Origin: Macrostomum lignano
Taxonomy: Eukaryota
DNA length: 58,622 bases
Direction of reading: 5' to 3'
NCBI GenBank assembly: GCA_002269645.1
Contig: NIVC01004133.1
Coordinates: 1 to 58,622, forward strand
Each line of letters opens with the position of its first letter. Within the stretch, counting starts at the first letter, position 1. Position numbers and translations under genes: made by a program. A model generated the notes under the pieces. The model was given only the letters and a program-made list of their open reading frames with translations. It did no database searches and was not told the DNA's origin. Positions 51,522 to 58,622 of the stretch are shown here, piece after piece.

Positions 51522-51613
51522 GCCGCATTCAGCGACATCTGCTTGGTCTCGTACGCCGGCCAGGGCTGCCTGGTGGAGATATCCACTGATCGATCTGGCA
51601 ATCGAGGCGGGCG
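51522..51613 (+). CDS. SYN: Synapsin exon 3
   Basis: GGCAG|GCC; encodes AAFSDICLVSYAGQGCLVEISTDRSGNRGG(R); donor CG|GTGAGC. Confidence 0.9.
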
Positions 51614-52134
51614 GTGAGCAAACACGGACCGTTCGAGCCCTTCCATCTATCCCCTTCTCTCCTCGGTCCTCTCTCCTTTTTCGCTTTTTTACCCCGACCT
51701 CCTGGCGGCTTCTATCCGAGCAACTGCTTTGGATGCGTTTCTTGAAGAAAGATTGGGAGTAGGATCCAGCGACACCCCCTTGGGAGAGAAGCTGCTCAAC
51801 CAACTGGCCAAGATTGAACTGCAGCAAGCTTGAGGCAAGAAAGTCATGCCATGATAAGCGTATTTTACAACAGCCTACTTCTCCAAGTAGTAGTATGTTT
51901 GTAACTGTTAAGGCCGAAGATCGATCGGTTAATATTTTATTAACATTTACGCCGTAAACTGGTTTTGGGTGAATCAAGTTTTAGTGCAGTCCCCTACCTT
52001 CCAGGGTTGTCCCCAGTCTGAACTGTCATAACTTTCTCATTGTCATAAGCCCGTTGCCTTGGACTTACCCTCTTGCTATCGAAAACGCATTTGCCGCTGC
52101 GTCACTGTCGGCCCCAAATCCGCGCCTACCGCAG

Positions 52135-52285
52135 GGCGTTCCGGCCGGACTTTGCACTGGTGCGGCAGCGCGTTCGCGACGCCAGCACAGACTGGCGGTC
52201 CATCGTGATCGGCCTGGCGCACGGCGGCGTGCCCACGGTTAACCAATCGAACGCTCTGTATGGTCTGGCCGAGAGGTCTTGGCTG
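52135..52285 (+). CDS. SYN: Synapsin exon 4
   Basis: (R)AFRPDFALVRQRVRDASTDWRSIVIGLAHGGVPTVNQSNALYGLAERSWL; phases compatible on both sides. Confidence 0.95.
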
Positions 52286-52484
52286 GTGCGCAAGACTTTT
52301 TTGCTTTTCGTACAGTTGTGCCGAATCCTTTTCCCGCTGAGTTTCAATAAAATGGCTTTTTGATTGAAATTTCGCTTAGTTAAATTTAGAATTTATAGCA
52401 GACAAATTTCGATTGAGTCATCAGCGATTCAATGTAAACATTAGTAACGCAACTAGCAATCTAGTGCCCCCTTCGGGGCGGCCA

Positions 52485-52980
52485 CCAGATAGCAAGCATC
52501 CCCCAGATAGCAAGCATCCCCCAGATAGCAAGCATCCCCCAGATAGCAAGCATCCCCCAGATAGCAAGCATCCCCCAGATAGCAAGCATCCCCAGATAGC
52601 AAGCATCCCCCAGATAGCAAGCATCCCCAGATAGCAAGCATCCCCAGATAGCAAGCATCCCCAGATAGCAAGCATCCCCAGATAGCAAGCATCCCCCAGA
52701 TAGCAAGCATGCCCCAGATAGCAAGCATCCCCCAGATAGCAAGCATGCCCCAGATAGCAAGCATCCCCCAGATAGCAAGCATGCCCCAGATAGCAAGCAT
52801 GCCCCAGATAGCAAGCATGCCCCAGATAGCAAGCATCCCCCAGATAGCAAGCATCCCCCAGATAGCAAGCATCCCCCAGATAGCAAGCATGCCCCAGATA
52901 GCAAGCATCCCCCAGATAGCAAGCATCCCCCAGATAGCAAGCATGCCCCAGATAGCAAGCATCCCCCAGATAGCAAGCAA
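52485..52980. repeat. 17-18 bp minisatellite (CCAGATAGCAAGCATCCC)n
   Basis: Tandem array in synapsin intron 4. Confidence 0.95.
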
Positions 52981-53224
52981 CAGATATTTTTTTGCCTGCC
53001 TCGAAATTCAATAGGACTTGCCTCCGCTCTTGACTTTTCCAAGGAACTGTCCATCATGAATCGCTGATGCCTAAAACCGAACTCGTCATCAAACTAATCA
53101 TCAAACCTTAATTGGCATAACGAAATCGCAATATTACTGAAATTAAACGGGAAATGTGTACTTTACGCTCAGCAACCTCAGTAAAATCATGCTTATTTCC
53201 GCACTACACTTTTGCCCATCTCAG

Positions 53225-53314
53225 TTCACTCATCTGGCCCAGATCCAGACCCGCGTTGGAAAGGAAAATTTCCCACTGGTTGAGCAGGCATTCTATCCGA
53301 AATATCAGGATTTG
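53225..53314 (+). CDS. SYN: Synapsin exon 5 (gene continues beyond the window)
   Basis: CTCAG|TTC; encodes FTHLAQIQTRVGKENFPLVEQAFYPKYQDL; donor TTG|GTGAGC. The expected next exon (PVVVK.GHAH) was not found in the window. Confidence 0.95.
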
Positions 53315-55305
53315 GTGAGCATTTATTCATCTAATGAGCTTTATCTGTTTGTAATGTTTTCGTTTCATCGCTATTGAGCATTAACAACCCTGAATAGCAT
53401 TTGGGAATGGTTTTTTCCTAAGGATGAATTGAATAAAATTGAATTGATTGCCACGAAGAAGCTGGCTGGGCGGAATCCGAGTCGGCATAGGGAGCCAAAG
53501 TTGCGCTAAACAGCCTTTCGCTGGCTTCCTTCTCCACCCCTCAGTTCCTGGTCGGTGCAAGACAGCTCGCAATGGGCCAAGCCGAGACCGGCCCTTCTGG
53601 CCTTCAATTGAAAAGGCGGGAAAGATTATCGGGAAAGCGAGGGTCCAGATAGCCAAAGCCCTCCTCTGTTCCCAGCAGGATTAGCCCAATTCTCCGGCAA
53701 TCAAGCCCTGCTTCAGGAGGGAGCCGCATCCAGCTTCCCGTAGGATGGTTGGGAAACAGGCGAGAGATAGGAGTTAGGCTTTCCTCATCCGCGCTTAGAT
53801 TGCCGCTATCGCGGGGCATCGCCCTATTCGTTACCGGGGAGGGGGCTACTGGGTCCGGCTGCCTCGTGTACGCCCGCGCCAGGAGAATAGGCTGGCTGGG
53901 TAGCAAAGCCCGAGCGGGAAACCGACAGTTCGCACACCGTAAGCGGAAATCTGGAGCCTTACTTGAATACAGATTCGGCTCTCGCCTAAGATTCGAGAGG
54001 AGTCCCTGTGCCTCCCTCCTCCCCCCCTCACCCCGAATATGCCTCCTCGATCCGCGCCCCTCGTCAGCTATAGCTACCTTCACAGACAGCCAGAAAGGTT
54101 GAAGACGGAGGGAGGAGAGAGCCAGAAGGAAAGATACACAATGGAAGACCCGCCAGATTTGACCCCCCCTATGGCTGCTGACGCATATGAATCGCTATCT
54201 TCAAGCAGTTTCTGTCTCTCTTGTTATGAATACTCTATCCCGCTATCCAATCGAGCGAACCAATATAATATAGTAACGGTACCTGGCAACACGCATGAGC
54301 CGTGCCCCCCCCCGTCAGTACATAGGTCGATAGATACAATGGCGCAAGCCTTCCAAGGCGAACGGGGCAGACCTTTAAGAAGGAAAGAAGATGCATGCTA
54401 TAGGGACGCTGCCAGCAGCGCAGTCTAGTGCACGAATACTTGATTTCGTCAGCAGTCTAAACGTGCCAGCGGCTGCCCCACCTGATTGAAAGTACTGCCA
54501 GTCATGTGCAGTAAAATTCGCCGCAAATTCAACAATGCTTTTAAAAAATCAAACAGCAACACACGGATTTTAATTCTACATTTGCCGAAAACATGAAAAG
54601 AAAAACGATTTGTCGCAGTCCCGGCCTTGTAGTGACTACTTTGTGTATTTTTATCTTTTACTTCTTAAGCGCAGACGGTGAGGAAAAGGATGGCTACAAT
54701 TTGCAACAGTACGAACGAGAGGTTGCAGAAGCCATTGCTTAAAATTGCGAGGTCAAATTGTGCAACTTTTGCTGTTGACAGATGTTTGAATGAAAAAAGT
54801 CGAGCACAACAATTAAAAATTGATTCGAACTTGATAAGGTCGCTTCGAGAAATGGGATGGCAGTTTCTAGAGATCGTAATGATTTGCTTTATGTAGTAGA
54901 CAGTAATAAATGAGGTAAATAAGCAGCTGGTGAAACAGTGAGAAAAGTTAGGCGAAAGAGAAAAAATGTTTCAAATTTAGCAGTACATCTGTAGCGTCGG
55001 ATGTATTAATGGAATGGGTCAGCGAGTCCGCCGCAGGTTCAGGTCGAACCCGGGCTGCGTATTTTAGCGATGGACGAAGAAAAGATCTACAGTTGTAAAT
55101 AGAGAAAAGCTGGCAATTACAGATCTGACAAAAACGCACTGAGTCTAGGTCGCTTGCTATGAGCCACATGAGCTTCCGTGATCCGTTTAGATAGCAGAGG
55201 TCGCATTATCTAGCAAAGTATCGGGTTGGAGACCACAGTATCCTAACATTGCACAGGGTCAGAGAATGCAGTGCTATATCTTACCAAACCTATGTTTTTT
55301 AGTTA

Positions 55306-55588
55306 GTTTTACAGGCAAGGGGGCTGTGTGCACCCTGGCGCACTTTAAGCGGCCTTTGTCACACAACTGGCGAGAGGCACACACAGGCACAGGCACACAC
55401 TCACACAGGAGTGTACCGTGGCACTAACTTTATTAATCGTTGTTGGGCATGTACACTTCACTGTGCCTTGGGAGTTGGCCTTCAAGAGCGGTAATTGCAC
55501 GAGCAGAGCCAAGCCGAGATTCCAATTTAGTCACAAATTAATGTGACTGCACTTGGAATCGAGCCTGGGCCGCTGGCACATTAGAGCG
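55306..55588 (-). mobile_element. 5'-truncated SINE family A copy
   Basis: Reverse complement aligns with 5870-6190 (GGCTCGATTCCAAGTGCAGTCACATTAATT...GTGCGCCAGGGTGCACA). Confidence 0.85.
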
Positions 55589-57249
55589 CCACTCTTGACT
55601 ACTATAGGCTACCGCACTCGTGAAGATATACCAATATCTTTTTGGAAAAACCTTAAGGCATGGTTTTGACTATCTAAATTACTAGTTACGAACAAAGTTT
55701 TCAAGTTTTCACGCTCAGTTAGTTTCACGCGGCTAACTCAGTGCCACTACACGAAATTTCTTACAAAAGAACACTGTCAAAAAACGGAGGAAAAGTCGGA
55801 GCGAAAAAAATGTAAGCAAAAATAGGCAAACAAGCAGTAGTACGGTACGAGTTTACGAGCAGTGTGGGACTTCTATTTTGATCGCAGCGCTGCTACTGCA
55901 AACAGTTTTATAGTCAACCGCTAAAATATTCCCACCGACTAACAAAATGAACTGACGATAAAAAGCATTGTTTACAAAGATGTGTATAGCTTTAAAGTAC
56001 GTACTGCTCAGTATTGAACTAACCCTATTCAAAAGTCTACGAACTGGTCGATGCGATAAGGCGTGTCCATGTGCTCAGTGCAGCTGTCAGCTTGCGCCCA
56101 GTTTCAAACGACAAAAAGACCTATATTTTGCGAACTGTTTGCTATACCAATTATTCGAAAATAAACGATAGCAAATACTACAACGAAGGCGAGCAGTAAA
56201 ATAAAATGGAACAGGAGATGGCGGTTCAGAGGACCATGACCAATATAGCTTGTGAGGTAGCAGATTATTGCTTATGTCTTTAGACATACAGCGCATAGCA
56301 TGCGGGTAATAAATAAACAGCAGTATAAACAACGATTTGAGAGCGGCAAGCAGCCTAGGAACGATGGGTTCATTCCTTGTCGCATCTATGATTAACTATA
56401 TAGATGATGCAAGGCAAATCTGCTCAGAAAACAATGACGCAATCGTAATGCCGATGATTGGTGCATAAAGCAGGTTAACATAGGTTAGCTACAAATTGTC
56501 GCCTCTAAACTTCAGGGAGCATCTGGGCTAGCTGATGAGGTGGGAGTGGACGGGAGTCTAGACTGCATCATCATGATTTCCAGCGCCAGATAAATAAATT
56601 TACAAGATGCTTGTCTTTTCTATTTCCTGTAAGTCACTAATCTCGATCATAGGTTTTTGATACTAAAAAATATTAAAAATTCTCAAAACTGTTTATTTAA
56701 ACCTGATGCATAAAGCTGCGGCTCCCCAACAACAGTGGGGATTATATACTTTCTAATCTGGGCGCTAAAAACCAGAACAGTATACAAAAGTTGCTTCGTT
56801 CGTTCTTGGCTAGGAAAATTGCAATTCTGTAGACCATATGTATTGTATAAAAAATGAGACCTATACTGTATGCTTGCAAAGTCTTTCATATATGACGAAG
56901 CTACCGTAAAAATAGGCGCTCGTAATGGGTTTAGAAAAAGCGATAAGGGAGGGATCAGGCAAGTCAATTTAGTTGATGGGTGACTCTGCAATTCGAGGCA
57001 TGGCAGAGCCGTTTGCTCGATCGCGAGGTTCGAAAAACACCTCCGAGATTACGGTTTTGGATAGCTATTGAGTTGTGGCAGTGCTTATCCTCACGGTACC
57101 GGAAGAATAAGAACTGTCTTTCTTGACTTGTCGGGATTAATCAAATAGAATTTTATTCTTATAATTGCTTAACTTCAAATTTTGAGTTGTATAAATAAAC
57201 TTTACGGAGAATAATTTCGAATCGCCCACGAGTTTAAGTATAGCATGCT

Positions 57250-57481
57250 TCACCCCTTGATGCCTTTCCAATTGGCTTCATACATCACATTGTTCTCCTG
57301 GCATTTCGTATAGTGACTCAAACTGGTCGTGTGCCATTCGCAGCGCCTGGCATAGGTGTACGGATTGTAGTGCATGGCGCAGTAGGCGTACCTGGGATAG
57401 CAGGCGCTGGGGTCCCTGTCCAGGTTGTAACCGGCAGGTGACCATATCTGTGCTGCCGACCCGGTCTCCAAATGAAGCAAT
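57250..57481 (-). CDS. TIMP: TIMP-like gene, terminal exon (C-terminal domain), nested antisense in synapsin intron 5
   Basis: IWSPAG...SACYPRYAYCAMH...RRCEWHTTSLSHYTKC parallels the invertebrate TIMP C-domain as recalled for Drosophila (CKWSPFGKC..YSACMPH...RCRW...YRKC). GC3-rich codons. Stop at 57250-57252; minus-strand AATAAA at 57152-57157. Confidence 0.75.
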
Positions 57482-57569
57482 CTGCGTGATTGAAAGTGTG
57501 CTGTGCTTTATTTTGCTTTATCTCATAATATGAGCTGTTTAGTTTCCTAATAATTTGCTTCCTAATAAT

Positions 57570-58310
57570 CAGTTTCTTAATCATCAGTTTCTTAATCATC
57601 AGTTTCTTAATCATCAGTTTCTTAATCATCAGTTTCTTAATCATCAGTTTCTTAATCATCAGTTTCTTAATCATTAGCTTCTTAATCATCAGTTTCTTAA
57701 TCATTAGCTTCTTAATCATTAGTTTCTTAATCATCAGTTTCTTAATCATTAGCTTCTTAATCATCAGTTTCTTAATCATTAGTTTCTAATCATCAGTTTC
57801 TTAATCATTAGTTTCTTAAGCATTAGTTTCTTAATCATTAGTTTCTTAATCATTAGCTTCTTAATCATCAGTTTCTTAATCATCAGTTTCTTAATCATCA
57901 GTTTCTTAATCATTAGTTTCTTAATAATTAGTTTCTTAATCATTAGTTTCTTAAGCATTAGTTTCTTAGTCGTGAGTTTCTTAAGCATTAGCTTCTTAAT
58001 CATTAGCGTCTTAATCATTAGCGTCTTAATCATTAGCTGCTTAATCATTAGCTTCTTAACATTAGTTTCTTTATCATTAGTTTCTAATCATTAGTTTCTT
58101 AAGCATTAGTTTCTTAGTCGTGAGTTTCTTAAGCATTAGCTTCTTAATCATTAGCGTCTTAATCATTAGCGTCTTAATCATTAGCTGCTTAATCATTAGC
58201 TTCTTAAGCATTAGTTTTTTATCATTAGTTTCCTAATCATTAGTTTCTTAATCATTAATTTCAATCATTGGTTTCTCAGTAATAAATTTCTCAAATCTCA
58301 ATCATTAGTT
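57570..58310. repeat. 15-bp minisatellite (ATCAGTTTCTTAATC)n
   Basis: Tandem array in the putative TIMP intron. Confidence 0.95.
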
Positions 58311-58494
58311 TCTTAAGTTTTTGGGGTGCTCTCAAAACTAGAACTTTTCTAGTTTCATAAATTACGAAATTTTTTGTTAACTGTATGGCAATGAAGATAA
58401 TACCAAGCTGAGAAAATTAAAAATAATAAGTCAAAGTAGTTGATAGATCGTGTCTGTAAACTTTGTCTGCTAAGTGCTAAACAACAGTCCGTAC

Positions 58495-58598
58495 CATGCA
58501 CACAGCTATAGCCAAGCCAATAACCTGAAATTGTTTTCACTCTCAAAGTCGCTCGCTGCAGGACAGACATCCAGTCTCCAAAGCCGGCATTAGAATGA
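58495..58598 (-). CDS. TIMP: TIMP-like gene, penultimate exon (N/C-domain junction)
   Basis: DWMSVLQRATL...SGYWLGYSCVH fits the TIMP [LM]S..Q[RK]..L...Y..G..C pattern. Donor G|GTACGG at 58495/58494. 5' boundary uncertain. Confidence 0.55.
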
Positions 58599-58622
58599 CT
58601 TGAAAACTATTGTTATTGTCGC

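Noticed and set aside
53380-54430. GC-richer intronic block with several short ORFs and an (ATTCA)-like end
   Set aside because: Could be a LINE remnant, but no RT or endonuclease motif could be read.

Overview
Eukaryotic, intron-rich, satellite-dense animal DNA. Compact GC-rich exons with poly-Q/A/P tracts and a private minisatellite in most introns suggest a Macrostomum-type flatworm; the species is an inference. Manually spliced genes, left to right: a decayed hAT transposase (-) interrupted by a SINE and a MITE; a SIPA1L/SPAR-type RapGAP-PDZ gene (+, ~7430-20947); two tandem paralogous neuropeptide precursors (-) predicted to release allatotropin-like amidated peptides (GFRNSLRFGSNYa, GFRGTLRFASNYa); a two-exon calmodulin-like gene (-); a three-exon orphan two-TM protein (+); and the first five exons of synapsin (+), with the 3' exons of a TIMP-like gene nested antisense in intron 5. 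Also present are three hAT-type MITEs with 8-bp TSDs, two tRNA-derived SINE families and more than 25 tandem arrays. Most long ORFs in the supplied track are translations of these arrays. Best leads: (1) the synapsin-nested TIMP; (2) the duplicated allatotropin-like precursors, whose mature peptides have diverged more than their promoters; (3) a strongly directional, largely non-CpG C>T/G>A (RIP-like) mutation signature in the AT-rich block at 1-3800; (4) a minisatellite grown from a SINE 5' end.
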